Part shown: piece by piece, positions 45,440-55,364 of the stretch
Position numbering within the stretch: position 1 is the stretch's first letter
Layout: each line of letters begins with the position of its first letter
NCBI GenBank assembly: GCA_934102255.1
Contig: CAKOSN010000002.1
Span: 14,088 to 78,087 of the forward strand
Origin: an uncultured Bacilli bacterium
Lineage (GTDB): Bacteria; Bacillota_I; Bacilli_A; RF39; UBA660
Direction of reading: 5' to 3'
DNA: 64,000 nt
Translations under genes and position numbers: made by a program
Notes under the pieces: model-generated
Database searches by the model: none
Told to the model about the DNA's origin: nothing
The model's input: the letters and a program-made list of their open reading frames with translations, nothing else

Positions 45440-46146
45440 TCATCACATAAATCAGCTAACTTATTAAAAGCTTCTAAATATTTATTTTTTAACTCATTTT
45501 TTTGGGTTTCGTTTAGTAAAATATAAGGGTCATTTTGACTATCTACAGTACCTTCAATTATTTCTTTTACTACGCCGTCTTTTATAAATACAACGGTTGG
45601 AGCATATAATCTTTTTTCACCAGTATCAACTAGTTCATTATTTTTATCATAAACACCATATTCGGTCAAAACATTGTCTAATTTTTCTAAAAGAAAGCTA
45701 TAAAACGCTGTTCCGTCTTTCTTTACTAAATTATTATTATCATCAAAACTAAAACTACTTCTAATATCTTTGATATCATAATAATTTATTTTAGCAATAC
45801 CGTAATCTTTGCCGGCCTCATTTAAGACGGAAACCATATTACGGCACCATGGACAAGTTGGAAAGCCTAAATATAAAACACCAGTGCCATTATTTAATAG
45901 TTCTTTTACTTCATCTTCACTAGCATAGTAGTATAAATTATTTTTATCGATAGTAACCTCAGGATAGTACTTACCGTTACTATTTTCCTTGTTATTATAA
46001 GAAGTATACTCATCATAAAATTTAGTGTCGCTAGTAGGGGCATGCATATTATCTTTATTAAGAAGAACTATGCCTACACAAATTAAAGCGACTGTAATAA
46101 GTCCTGTAATATAATGTTTTAGAAAATCCTTTTTCATTATCTTCAC
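45430..46146 (-). CDS. Membrane-anchored thioredoxin-fold protein
   Basis: An N-terminal TM helix, then a thioredoxin-like domain with FPTCPWCRNM (CxxC). Confidence 0.65.
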   Translation of the reverse strand: MKIMKKDFLKHYITGLITVALICVGIVLLNKDNMHAPTSDTKFYDEYTSYNNKENSNGKYYPEVTIDKNNLYYYASEDEVKELLNNGTGVLYLGFPTCPWCRNMVSVLNEAGKDYGIAKINYYDIKDIRSSFSFDDNNNLVKKDGTAFYSFLLEKLDNVLTEYGVYDKNNELVDTGEKRLYAPTVVFIKDGVVKEIIEGTVDSQNDPYILLNETQKNELKNKYLEAFNKLADLCDEKC

Positions 46147-46191
46147 CTAAATTAATTTTAAGCTATTTTATTTCTTATTGCAATCATTTTT

Positions 46192-46665
46192 TTATTTTAA
46201 TGTAAGTTTTCTAGTGGTTCCATTTTTTTCTTCAATAACAATCGATTCTGGTTCATACTCTTCTTTATAGCAATCATAGCCGTCGTGAGTTTTTTCAAGT
46301 TCTTCATAACCATCAGGAATTATTTTTTCTCTATGGATGTAATTTCCGTCCTGGGTTACTACTTCAATACTATGGCGATAAAAACGACTTAGTCTTTCAT
46401 TTTGATGATAAGCATTTAAACCTGTTTCTTTGATTTTTTTAATTTGATGTTGCCAGCCAATATCTAGTCCTAATTTCTCACAATTTTCGGTAAAAAAACA
46501 AATGGTTGTAGTATGGTCAATTTTATCATCAGCCTTTTTACAGGCAAGTCCTGCTCCCATTAAAAAGACCGGTACTGATATTATCGAAATTACTCTTAGT
46601 TTGGTATTACTTTTCTTGTGATAGTTATATCTTTTTTTATTACTGTATCTATATTTATCATGCAT
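46192..46665 (-). CDS. Hypothetical membrane-anchored (possibly lipo-) protein
   Basis: The start at 46665 (MHDKYRY...) follows GAAGGA with an 8-nt spacer. A basic N-terminus is followed by a hydrophobic segment ending in GLAC, a weak non-canonical lipobox. Confidence 0.45.
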   Translation of the reverse strand: MHDKYRYSNKKRYNYHKKSNTKLRVISIISVPVFLMGAGLACKKADDKIDHTTTICFFTENCEKLGLDIGWQHQIKKIKETGLNAYHQNERLSRFYRHSIEVVTQDGNYIHREKIIPDGYEELEKTHDGYDCYKEEYEPESIVIEEKNGTTRKLTLK

Positions 46666-47058
46666 TTTAATCATCCTTCTTTTAAAGTCTATTTCCAATA
46701 TACTAACACATTCTTGGATAGTCAAGAAATTTTAGACAATTTAGGTAGGATTATCGTAATTATTGTGGGTATTAAGCTAATTTTAGTTCATTTTAAACAG
46801 TTTATTTTCTGATTTATTTATTTAACTTTAATATATATAATTTAAATTTTGAAACTTTTTTTACTATAAATAGAAAGACTTTTATTGACAAAAGCTAAAA
46901 TTAAAGTATCCTATATATCTATAGAACATAATAAGTCTTAATAGATATTTTCATTATTTATATAGGTCTTACTTTTTAACTTTTAAAGCTTATTTAACAA
47001 AACTAAAAGATAAAAAAATAATATAACTAGAAGTTTATCTAATTATATTATTAATTTT

Positions 47059-47775
47059 TTATTTAGATTTTTTACTATTTTTCTTATAAATTCTATATAA
47101 AATAAATAGACTCCAGATAAATAAGACAATACTTATTTTTTGATTAAAAGAAAATATTACGTTTTCTCTACCAGCACGTAAATAATCTAAAATGAATTTA
47201 GAAAAACTAATACCAATTAAAAGATAAGCAAAGTCTTTAAAAGAAAATTTAGTTCTAGACTTTTTAAAGAAAATAAGAAAGATAATTGTAAAAGTAATAG
47301 CTTCAACTAACTGGATAGGAAAAAGACCAGTATTTAAAGGTGCATGAGACGAGGAAGCATAGACTACTTTACCAAAGCCATTATAATTTATCCCGTAGCA
47401 GCAGCCGGCTGTTAGACAACCGATTTTACCGATAGCATACACCAAAGGAAGCGGTACGGAGCCTAGAGCCAATAAATCGATTGTTTTTTTCTTAAAAAGC
47501 AAACTATAAACGATTAAACCGACTAAAGCTCCAATCATATTACCATAAGATGTAAACCATAAACTTGGAATATCACTAACTTTATACTTAGGAAACTCAT
47601 CGAGATAAGTAAATACTTTACCTCCAATAACAATAAAGATATTTTCTATTAATAAAATTATTAAGGCATCAGTAAATTTTAACTTATATTTCTTGTAATT
47701 TAGAAGAATATAACAAACATTAAAAACTAAAGCTAATTTTATCAGAGTATCATAAATCGATGTTGTAATTACCAT
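47059..47775 (-). CDS. Lgt-family (prolipoprotein diacylglyceryl transferase-like) membrane protein
   Basis: 238 aa, polytopic. GKIGCLTAGCCYG resembles the Lgt GR(I/L)GN(F)xNxE/CCYG region. Confidence 0.5.
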   Translation of the reverse strand: MVITTSIYDTLIKLALVFNVCYILLNYKKYKLKFTDALIILLIENIFIVIGGKVFTYLDEFPKYKVSDIPSLWFTSYGNMIGALVGLIVYSLLFKKKTIDLLALGSVPLPLVYAIGKIGCLTAGCCYGINYNGFGKVVYASSSHAPLNTGLFPIQLVEAITFTIIFLIFFKKSRTKFSFKDFAYLLIGISFSKFILDYLRAGRENVIFSFNQKISIVLFIWSLFILYRIYKKNSKKSK

Positions 47776-47790
47776 ATTTAGCCCCTACTC

Positions 47791-50091
47791 TTAGATTTCA
47801 AAATTAGTAATTTCATCTAAATCAATACCAACATCTTTAGCATGTTTATAATGTTTTTCTAAAGTAGTAGTAATATAATTTTCTAATTCAGTTTTACCCT
47901 TACTATTTGGTAAGAATGTTAAAGCTTCTTGACACAAAGAGAATCTATCTATTTTATTACGCAAACGCATATCAAATGAAGTTGTAATAGAGCCTTCTTC
48001 TTCGTAACCATGAACATAAAAATTCTTATTAGGTCGATTATAAATAAGACCATGAATAAACATTGGATAGCCATGAAAATTGAATATTACTGGTTTATCA
48101 GCAGTAAAATACTTAGTAAATTCTTCATCGCTTAAACCGTTTTTATTACGTTTATTACTTTCTAATTTTAAGACTTCTAAAACATTTATAAAACGTAGTT
48201 TAACCTCTGGAATGTATTTTTTTAATAAAGATACACAAGCAATAGCTTCGATATTAGGAGTATCACCACAACTGGCAATAACAATATCTGGATTACTACT
48301 TGTGGTTAGTTTTTCTAATTCTAAGAAACCGTCATCAACTAATTTTTTAGCTTCTTCTTTAGTTAGCCATTGTCTAGTTGGATGCTTAGAAGCAATAATG
48401 GCATTAACAACATTTTCAGATTTTAAACATTTATCATAAGTTAAAATTAAGCTGTTAGCGTCGATTGGTAAATAAATGTTAGCAAATCCCCTCTTTTTAT
48501 CCGCTAAATGACCAATAAAACCGGGGTCTTGATGGGTATAACCATTATGGTCTTGTTGCCAAACATTACTTGTTAATATAAGATTTAATCCTGGTAAGTT
48601 ACCACGCCAACTAATTTCACTAGCCATTTTTAACCATTTAACATATTGAGTAACCATGGAATCAACGACTCTAATAAAAGCTTCATAGCTAACGAATGTT
48701 CCAACACGACCAGTTAAAGTATAACCTTCTAATAAGCCTTCACAAACGTTTTCTGATAAGTAAGAATCGATAATACGACCGTCTTTACTTAAGTTTTCAT
48801 CATAAGGGCTGATTTCTTCTTCCCATGTGCGTTTTTGACTATCAAATAAATGGTATAAACGGTTAGACATGGCTTCATCTGGACTAAATAAACGGAAATT
48901 ATCTTTATTTAATTCAAATACATCTCTAATATATTTAGAAAGCTCTAGCATATCTTGAGTTTGATTTTGACCTAATTTGTTATTATCTAATAAATATTTA
49001 TCAACTGCAGGCAAGATAAATTTTTTATCACTATAACCATTAGTAACAGGATTTTTACTCATTCTAGCATTGCCATAAGGATGATACTCTTCTAAATAAG
49101 ATTTAAGAGTCCCGTCAGGATTAAATAATTCTTCAGGGCGGTAACTGCAAAGCCATTTTTCAATAATTTCTAAATAATTGGGAACGGTTTTATCAACCGG
49201 AATTTGATGAGCCCTAAAAGTACCTTCAATTTGTTTTCCATTAACAATATCCGGACCCGTCCATCCTTTTTTACTTCTTAAAATAATCATTGGATAATAA
49301 ATTTTTTCATTATCGGAACTGTTCTTGATATTATTAATATCTATAACAATTTTATCTAAAGATGTCATCATTAGTTTATGCATAGCTAGAGTATCACTGC
49401 CTGAGACTATATAAGGATGATATCCTAAAGATGTGAAGTAACAAATTAATTCTTTATCACTCATACGACTATAAATGGTTGGATTACTTATTTTATAACC
49501 ATTTAAGTGTAAGATTGGTAAAACAACCCCGTCTTTTTTAGAATTTAAAAATTTATGAATTTGCCAAGAAGTTGCTAAAGTACCAGTTTCAGCTTCGCCG
49601 TCGCCAATACAACAAGCCGCAATCAAGCTAGGATTATCTAATACTGCTCCGAAGGCATGAATCAAACTATAACCAAGTTCGCCACCTTCATGCATAGAAC
49701 CAGGCATTTCGGGAGTGGCATGAGAACCCGTACCATAAGGATAAGAAAATTCTTTAAAAATCTTCTGCATTCCTTCTTTGTTTTTAGGATAATCAGGGTA
49801 ATACTCACTAAAAGTGCCTTCTAAAAAAGATTGAGCAAGTAAAAAATTGCCACCATGACCAGGACCACTTATATAAATCATGTTTAAATTATCTTTTTTA
49901 ATTATGCGATTTAAATGCGTATAAATAAAGTTTTGACCCGGAACGGTGCCCCAATGGCCAACTAATTTTTCCTTTAAATCACTTTCTTTTAAAGGTCTTT
50001 CTAATAAAGGATTATCTTTTAAATAAAGACAGCATGCACTAAGATAGTTAGCTGCTCTAAAATATGCATCAATTATATCTATTTCTTTCAT
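47791..50091 (-). CDS. xfp: Xylulose-5-phosphate/fructose-6-phosphate phosphoketolase
   Basis: 766 aa. HWGTVPGQNF, EGGELGYS, GDGEAETG, and the TPP-binding pattern. Confidence 0.93.
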   Translation of the reverse strand: MKEIDIIDAYFRAANYLSACCLYLKDNPLLERPLKESDLKEKLVGHWGTVPGQNFIYTHLNRIIKKDNLNMIYISGPGHGGNFLLAQSFLEGTFSEYYPDYPKNKEGMQKIFKEFSYPYGTGSHATPEMPGSMHEGGELGYSLIHAFGAVLDNPSLIAACCIGDGEAETGTLATSWQIHKFLNSKKDGVVLPILHLNGYKISNPTIYSRMSDKELICYFTSLGYHPYIVSGSDTLAMHKLMMTSLDKIVIDINNIKNSSDNEKIYYPMIILRSKKGWTGPDIVNGKQIEGTFRAHQIPVDKTVPNYLEIIEKWLCSYRPEELFNPDGTLKSYLEEYHPYGNARMSKNPVTNGYSDKKFILPAVDKYLLDNNKLGQNQTQDMLELSKYIRDVFELNKDNFRLFSPDEAMSNRLYHLFDSQKRTWEEEISPYDENLSKDGRIIDSYLSENVCEGLLEGYTLTGRVGTFVSYEAFIRVVDSMVTQYVKWLKMASEISWRGNLPGLNLILTSNVWQQDHNGYTHQDPGFIGHLADKKRGFANIYLPIDANSLILTYDKCLKSENVVNAIIASKHPTRQWLTKEEAKKLVDDGFLELEKLTTSSNPDIVIASCGDTPNIEAIACVSLLKKYIPEVKLRFINVLEVLKLESNKRNKNGLSDEEFTKYFTADKPVIFNFHGYPMFIHGLIYNRPNKNFYVHGYEEEGSITTSFDMRLRNKIDRFSLCQEALTFLPNSKGKTELENYITTTLEKHYKHAKDVGIDLDEITNFEI

Positions 50092-50242
50092 TTTTCTCTT
50101 CCTATTCTAAATTAATTATAACAAAGAATAAAAAAAGAAAAAAGACCATTTTCAAACTTTTAAAGTAGATTAGATTCTTCCTTAAAGCTTTTTGGTCCTT
50201 GTTTTAAACTTGAAATTTTAGCGTTTTTTTATATTTTTCTAA

Positions 50243-51328
50243 TTAAATTTGCTTTTTAGTAAGGCCGATTTCGTCTTTACTATTAGCCTCTGAATACATC
50301 ATCGGAAATAAGCCACTTAACTGCTGATTGATTTTTTGCAGTTCATCTTCTAATAGTTTTTTACGAAAAATAAGATTATTGTATTCTAAGACATCACCGG
50401 TTACAGTAGAATTTAGAAAACTTTTAGTTACATCGAAGCCCAAATCTTTGAAACTTTTTCTAATTTGAGCTAATTCACTAGAAGTAAAGAATTCTACCTT
50501 ATTGGAGAAAAATAAATTATCTAAAGTATTTATGCCGATTGCACGGGCTTTATTTTCTAAAGCTTCATCTAGTTTTAAGACAGCAATATCAAAACTACTT
50601 AAAGAAAATTCAAATTCATAGTAACCTGTTGTAGGCATTTCAAAACGAAGATTGTATTTTTCTAAACTAGCAAGTACTTCATCTATGGTTTTATTACCAA
50701 TACCTTCTAAGGAACTAAAACCTTCCTTACTATATTTTACTAAATCTCCTATAAAATATATATCTTGTTTATTAAGAGCTTGAACGACTTTAATATTGGG
50801 AATAATTGCTTCTAATGATGAATTAAAAGTTAAAGCTTCTTTAGAAAGGATACTTTGATATTTATAAATATTTAAAGCTAGAATAGTACCGTTATTACCT
50901 AAATGATATAAGAATTCTATTAACCAATTATATTTCTTATCAGGCTTAATATTTTCATATAAAAATTTACGTAATTTCTTTTTACTATAAGCTATCTCAC
51001 GAAAAAATAAACCTAAATTATCATATTTTTCTAAATATTTACGTAAATCAGGCGTTAAATCTAGGGAAGATATTTTAATTTGTTCTAAATCTTCATTTTT
51101 ACTATTTATATAGGGATAGTAACTATTGTATTCATAATTAAAATGTAAGTCTAAGTCTTTGATAGCTTCAAAAATTTCATCAAAGTAGGCTTGATATCTA
51201 GGATGAGTGGTAAATAAAGCTTTTATACTAACTATATCAGCTTCTAGTAATTGATTTACAGTTTCAATATTCATAGCTTGGAGCATTTTTTTAGCACCGG
51301 CGCTAATATTTAATTCTTCTATTTTCAT
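50243..51328 (-). CDS. Protein built of repeated RNA polymerase alpha C-terminal-domain (alpha-CTD, HhH)-like modules plus a C-terminal coiled coil
   Basis: The third module, IIPNIKVVQALNKQDIYFIGDLVKYSKEGFSSLEGIGNKTIDEVLASLEKYNL, aligns by eye with E. coli alpha-CTD [51 protein letters not shown]. Weaker copies lie at residues ~5-60 and ~250-300. Confidence 0.62.
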   Translation of the reverse strand: MKIEELNISAGAKKMLQAMNIETVNQLLEADIVSIKALFTTHPRYQAYFDEIFEAIKDLDLHFNYEYNSYYPYINSKNEDLEQIKISSLDLTPDLRKYLEKYDNLGLFFREIAYSKKKLRKFLYENIKPDKKYNWLIEFLYHLGNNGTILALNIYKYQSILSKEALTFNSSLEAIIPNIKVVQALNKQDIYFIGDLVKYSKEGFSSLEGIGNKTIDEVLASLEKYNLRFEMPTTGYYEFEFSLSSFDIAVLKLDEALENKARAIGINTLDNLFFSNKVEFFTSSELAQIRKSFKDLGFDVTKSFLNSTVTGDVLEYNNLIFRKKLLEDELQKINQQLSGLFPMMYSEANSKDEIGLTKKQI

Positions 51329-51382
51329 AAGTTATTTTTATATAATCGATAATATAGAAGGTTTTATATTTATACATAACGA

Positions 51383-52459
51383 TTATTCCTTTCTATTAGT
51401 ATCTTTTTGTAATTTTAACATGCGTTCATACATATTTTTTTCTCTATTTATAACGTTTAATTTTTCTTGTAAGGCATACTGCTCTACTGTTAACTGATTA
51501 TAATTAGTTTCTAGTAGCTCTTTAGGACATGTTAACAATTTATTATCAAGTTTAAGCCCTAACTTAGCAATTTCTATTTGCATTTTTAATAATTCGGCAT
51601 CAGTAAAATCAGCGAAGGTACGTTTTTCTAATAATTGTTCTAAATTAAATATTTGTTTTTCTCTTAACTTATTTAAAGTAGCAGCATCTAGATTTAAAGT
51701 TTCAATTTTAAAATAAGCAAGGCTTAAGATTACATTATTAGAGTATTTAGTATTTTCAAAAGAAAAGCCTTTGGCTTCTAATGTTGTTATAACTTTATGC
51801 GTTTTAGACGGCCCTAAGCGAGGAATTTCCGAGATTTCTTCTTTGGGTAATGCAAGTAAATCACTAATAAGCCAACATCCATAACGAATCATAGGATAGT
51901 AAACGCATCTTTCTGGGAAAACCATAAATATCGGTATGAAAGGCCCTTGATTTTTAATATCGTTTTTAAAGTCTTTAATAATTGTGCTTAAAATTTTACC
52001 GTCATTACCAAAAGCATTAAATAATTCTTCTAAAGAAGTATTTTTTTCATAAGTAACGACTAAACAAAGAAAACTTTTTAAAGCATTACTATCGCGTTTT
52101 AATTTTTTTAAGAAATTCTCCATTGTCCCATAATTAGCTAAGTATTTACGAGCATTTTTACTCATAAAAATATCACTCATATTTATAAGGTAAGAATCAC
52201 TTTTTATACTTTGTAACTTTTTATAATAATCTTTTTCATCTAAAAAAGAACAATTATTATTATGAACATACTCCCATAATTCATCTACAAAGACTTGATA
52301 TTTAATATTACCTTTTACGATAATTTTCAAGCTTTCTAAGGTAAGATTACATGCATCTTTTAAAGTAAAGACATTCATTTTTTTAAAAAGTTTTTTGGCA
52401 TTACAGGATATATCTAATTCTTTAGTTAAGTCAATATTAGTATCTTGATTATTGTTCAT
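51383..52459 (-). CDS. Paralogous alpha-CTD-like repeat protein
   Basis: It has the same architecture. Modules include LDISCNAKKLFKKMNVFTLKDACNLTLESL, CWLISDLLALPKEEISEIPRLGPSKTHKVITTLEAKGFSF and LDAATLNKLREKQIFNLEQLL, with a C-terminal coiled coil. Confidence 0.58.
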   Translation of the reverse strand: MNNNQDTNIDLTKELDISCNAKKLFKKMNVFTLKDACNLTLESLKIIVKGNIKYQVFVDELWEYVHNNNCSFLDEKDYYKKLQSIKSDSYLINMSDIFMSKNARKYLANYGTMENFLKKLKRDSNALKSFLCLVVTYEKNTSLEELFNAFGNDGKILSTIIKDFKNDIKNQGPFIPIFMVFPERCVYYPMIRYGCWLISDLLALPKEEISEIPRLGPSKTHKVITTLEAKGFSFENTKYSNNVILSLAYFKIETLNLDAATLNKLREKQIFNLEQLLEKRTFADFTDAELLKMQIEIAKLGLKLDNKLLTCPKELLETNYNQLTVEQYALQEKLNVINREKNMYERMLKLQKDTNRKE

Positions 52460-52533
52460 GGAATCACCCTTTCAAAGGTTTATATCCTACCACTTTTTAA
52501 GGTTTTACACAACCAGTAAATTAAAATTTTGTT

Positions 52534-52565
52534 AAAAAAAGACTAAAATCGTTTGAAATTAGTCT
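52534..52565 (-). terminator. Intrinsic terminator separating the HExxH operon from the alpha-CTD-like genes
   Basis: Minus strand: AGACUAA-12-nt loop-UUAGUCU followed by U7. Confidence 0.55.
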
Positions 52566-52626
52566 ACTTTTAAATAAATACGCTGTTTTTAAGTACTTTG
52601 TTTACATTATTTTTACTTCATAAGGC

Positions 52627-53202
52627 TTAATTTATTACAGGATAACCACTCCAGAAAAAGGAAAATATATCGTTTAAAATAATTATAATATTATTTTGAA
52701 CTTGGATACTGGGATTACTACGACTTAAGTTCTTAAGTAATTTAGCCTTTATTTCTTTATAAAGACTAACTAATTTTGCACTAGCTATTTCCTGATATTT
52801 TAAAATCTCTATTTCTTTTACCAAATTATAAATAAAGTCTATTTCTAAGTTGATTTTTTTATCTATTAAGTCTTCTAAGTTTGTTGCTTCTTCATATAAA
52901 GATAAAGCTTGATAATAAGGCGTATAATCGGTATCTAAATCATTAAAATGCTTAGATATATAATCCTTTAAATTAGCTAAAGAGTAATCTTTAATATTAT
53001 TTTCCTTGAACTTTTGACATAACTTTGAATCTAAGATATAACCCTGAAAATAAATTTTGTTTTCAGTAATCGTCTTTTGAACTTGATAGTTGCCATTTGA
53101 ACTATCTTTTAGCAAGTAACATCCATTTATAAAATGCGCCAATTTTTCTTCAATACTTTTATTATAATCATCTATTTTTAACATTATTTCTTCTTTAATC
53201 AT
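52627..53202 (-). CDS. Hypothetical protein (191 aa)
   Basis: ORF 15 nt downstream of the HExxH gene, probably co-transcribed with it. No recognisable motif. Confidence 0.45.
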   Translation of the reverse strand: MIKEEIMLKIDDYNKSIEEKLAHFINGCYLLKDSSNGNYQVQKTITENKIYFQGYILDSKLCQKFKENNIKDYSLANLKDYISKHFNDLDTDYTPYYQALSLYEEATNLEDLIDKKINLEIDFIYNLVKEIEILKYQEIASAKLVSLYKEIKAKLLKNLSRSNPSIQVQNNIIIILNDIFSFFWSGYPVIN

Positions 53203-53217
53203 AAAACTTTTTGGCTC

Positions 53218-54840
53218 CTATCTACTTATAAAAAGATAAGCTAAAACCGATACAACACCAGATATAAAACCAACACCTAATGTAAGCAATAAAATACTAA
53301 TAAAACCACTACTAGAGTTATTTTGGTTACTTGCTGCATCATCTTTTTTTACTAATACTCTGCTCATTGCTTTTCCTTTTTGTTCTTCTAGATTCATATT
53401 TTTAGCTTCTTCTTGCATTTTTTTATATTGTACTACAGCATTTTGAGGCATTAGACTAAAATGTTCTTTAGCGTTTTCTCTAAGTTTTTTTAAGCTATCG
53501 AAAATAGTTGGCTGGGCCTGAATTCCTAAGGTTTCTTGTGGTGGCTCTTCGATTGGCATGACATTACTCTTATTATTTGACTGTTTAATTTTAATATTAG
53601 GATTTTCTTGGCTGACAGTTGCAGACTTTGAAGAAGCATTTTCTGATAAATCTTTATTATCATCTTTTTTAGCCATAATATCACAAGCTTTTTGGTAACT
53701 TTCTATAGCTTCTGGGACTAAATTATCAAGGCTTTCAATGTAAAAAAAGTGTTTAACATAATCTAAGGAACTAATATTTTCGTCTAATAAAAAGTTACCA
53801 ATTTTACTAAGATATTCCTCATGATTAGTAGCATAGGTTATAAATAATCTAGCTATTATAAATCTTACTTCATTAAAAAGATGTTCGCCATTATGTAAGC
53901 TAAATTTTTCTTTTTCTTTGGCCTTTAGTATCAATGAATTCCAAATTTTTTTAATACCAGTAACATTGGACATATTATTTGGTGGTAGATAATGACTTTC
54001 TAATTTAGCTAGCATAGACTTTAGTTTTTCTTTTTCTTCTAATGATAATTTTTCATATCCTTCTTTAGTAAAAGTATAATCCCTTTTAGCTTGACTTTTT
54101 CTTTTGTTACTTTCTAGAATTTTCACTATGGCATATTCATCAAAAATACGATTTATATTGCTAAATTCATTATTCATTTCTAATATTTTTTGGCTTTCTA
54201 CGTCAATATTATTAAGAGGTCTAATTTTACCATTTGCTTCCTTAATAATTGGCATTTCTCTATTTATTAAGTACTGATAAAAGGCTATTTCGGTAACTTT
54301 AGATTCGATTTCTGCAATAAAGCCGTCAGCTTGTCCTTTAGTTTTAGATAGTCTTATCTTATGAGCCATTTCATGAGTTAAAGTTTTAAGCCATTCAAAA
54401 GAATTTTCGTAAGCTGGCATATAAATAATGCCACCACGTTGATAGGCTCTGGAAATATCTGTTATTTGCAAGTGTTCACTATTTAAACACTCAGTAATAA
54501 TTTCCCTTGGAATACCTAATTCTTGATAAAAAGTGCTTATGACTTCTAATGATTCATTCATATTTAAAGATGTCTTCAAATCTTTAAAACCTAGAGTAAT
54601 ATTTAAACGCTTTGATTTACTATTTTGTAAATCTTTAGAAATTCTTCTAGCTAAAGAATATATGAATTCTAAATTACCATAATTTTTTCTTATTTCTTCT
54701 AATGGTTTAGCTTCTAAATTATTTAAAGTTATATCGTTGCTGTCTGAACTTGAAATTTTTTCTTCTTCTAATATCATATTATAAAAGTCAATATTATTAA
54801 TAAGCATCTTAATTGTTTTATTTACTTGCTCTAAATCCAT
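53218..54840 (-). CDS. HExxH metallopeptidase-like protein with a low-complexity linker and a C-terminal TM anchor
   Basis: TLTHEMAHKI (HExxH) with a downstream Glu (FIAEIES) in gluzincin-like spacing. The C-terminus GFISILLLTLGVGFISGVVSVLAYLFISR is a tail anchor. Confidence 0.55.
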   Translation of the reverse strand: MDLEQVNKTIKMLINNIDFYNMILEEEKISSSDSNDITLNNLEAKPLEEIRKNYGNLEFIYSLARRISKDLQNSKSKRLNITLGFKDLKTSLNMNESLEVISTFYQELGIPREIITECLNSEHLQITDISRAYQRGGIIYMPAYENSFEWLKTLTHEMAHKIRLSKTKGQADGFIAEIESKVTEIAFYQYLINREMPIIKEANGKIRPLNNIDVESQKILEMNNEFSNINRIFDEYAIVKILESNKRKSQAKRDYTFTKEGYEKLSLEEKEKLKSMLAKLESHYLPPNNMSNVTGIKKIWNSLILKAKEKEKFSLHNGEHLFNEVRFIIARLFITYATNHEEYLSKIGNFLLDENISSLDYVKHFFYIESLDNLVPEAIESYQKACDIMAKKDDNKDLSENASSKSATVSQENPNIKIKQSNNKSNVMPIEEPPQETLGIQAQPTIFDSLKKLRENAKEHFSLMPQNAVVQYKKMQEEAKNMNLEEQKGKAMSRVLVKKDDAASNQNNSSSGFISILLLTLGVGFISGVVSVLAYLFISR

Positions 54841-54892
54841 ACTTACCTCTTATTATTCTAATAAAATTATAACATTAAATTAACTAACTTAG

Positions 54893-54922
54893 CAAAAATA
54901 ACTAGCTTTTAAACTAGTTATC
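54893..54922. repeat. Direct repeat copy 1 (30 nt, terminator hairpin plus Asp-Asn-stop codons)
   Basis: CAAAAATAACTAGCTTTTAAACTAGTTATC is identical to 55884-55913. Confidence 0.9.
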
Positions 54923-55120
54923 TTGTTTTTCTTTTATTAATTCATCTATATCTTTAAAGGCGTTTTCAATGGCTTCAGTATGATATCTTTCATACATTTT
55001 ATAAATAAATTCGGTTAGATTAAGTCTTTCTAAAGTATTAAGAATATCAGCTGTGGATATTTTTTTATATTCGGCATACTTTTCTATTAAATATATAAAA
55101 AATTCGGTTTCTCTATTCAT
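54914..55120 (-). CDS. DUF3791-like small protein
   Basis: 68 aa. The pattern FFIYLIEKYAEYKKIS...YERYHTE fits the DUF3791 pattern as I recall it. Adjacent to DUF3990. Confidence 0.55.
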   Translation of the reverse strand: MNRETEFFIYLIEKYAEYKKISTADILNTLERLNLTEFIYKMYERYHTEAIENAFKDIDELIKEKQDN

Positions 55121-55364
55121 AATTATTCCTCAAATATACTGAATTAAGGGGACTTCCCGTAACAATTTCAGCCTCCCACATATCAAAAATTGCCAAAGTT
55201 GAAAAATAATTCATTGCCAATTCCTTATTTTCTAACATTTTATAAGTTTTAGAATTAATAAATTTTTTAAATGCTTCCATAAAGGAAATATTATATTTTT
55301 CATTTATTAGTTTAACTATCTCTCTATCATATAGAAATAATTCTTCACTATCCAATTTTCTCAT
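55113..55364 (-). CDS. DUF3791-like small protein
   Basis: 83 aa, overlapping both neighbours. A helical protein distantly similar to the 54914 ORF. Confidence 0.5.
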   Translation of the reverse strand: MRKLDSEELFLYDREIVKLINEKYNISFMEAFKKFINSKTYKMLENKELAMNYFSTLAIFDMWEAEIVTGSPLNSVYLRNNYE

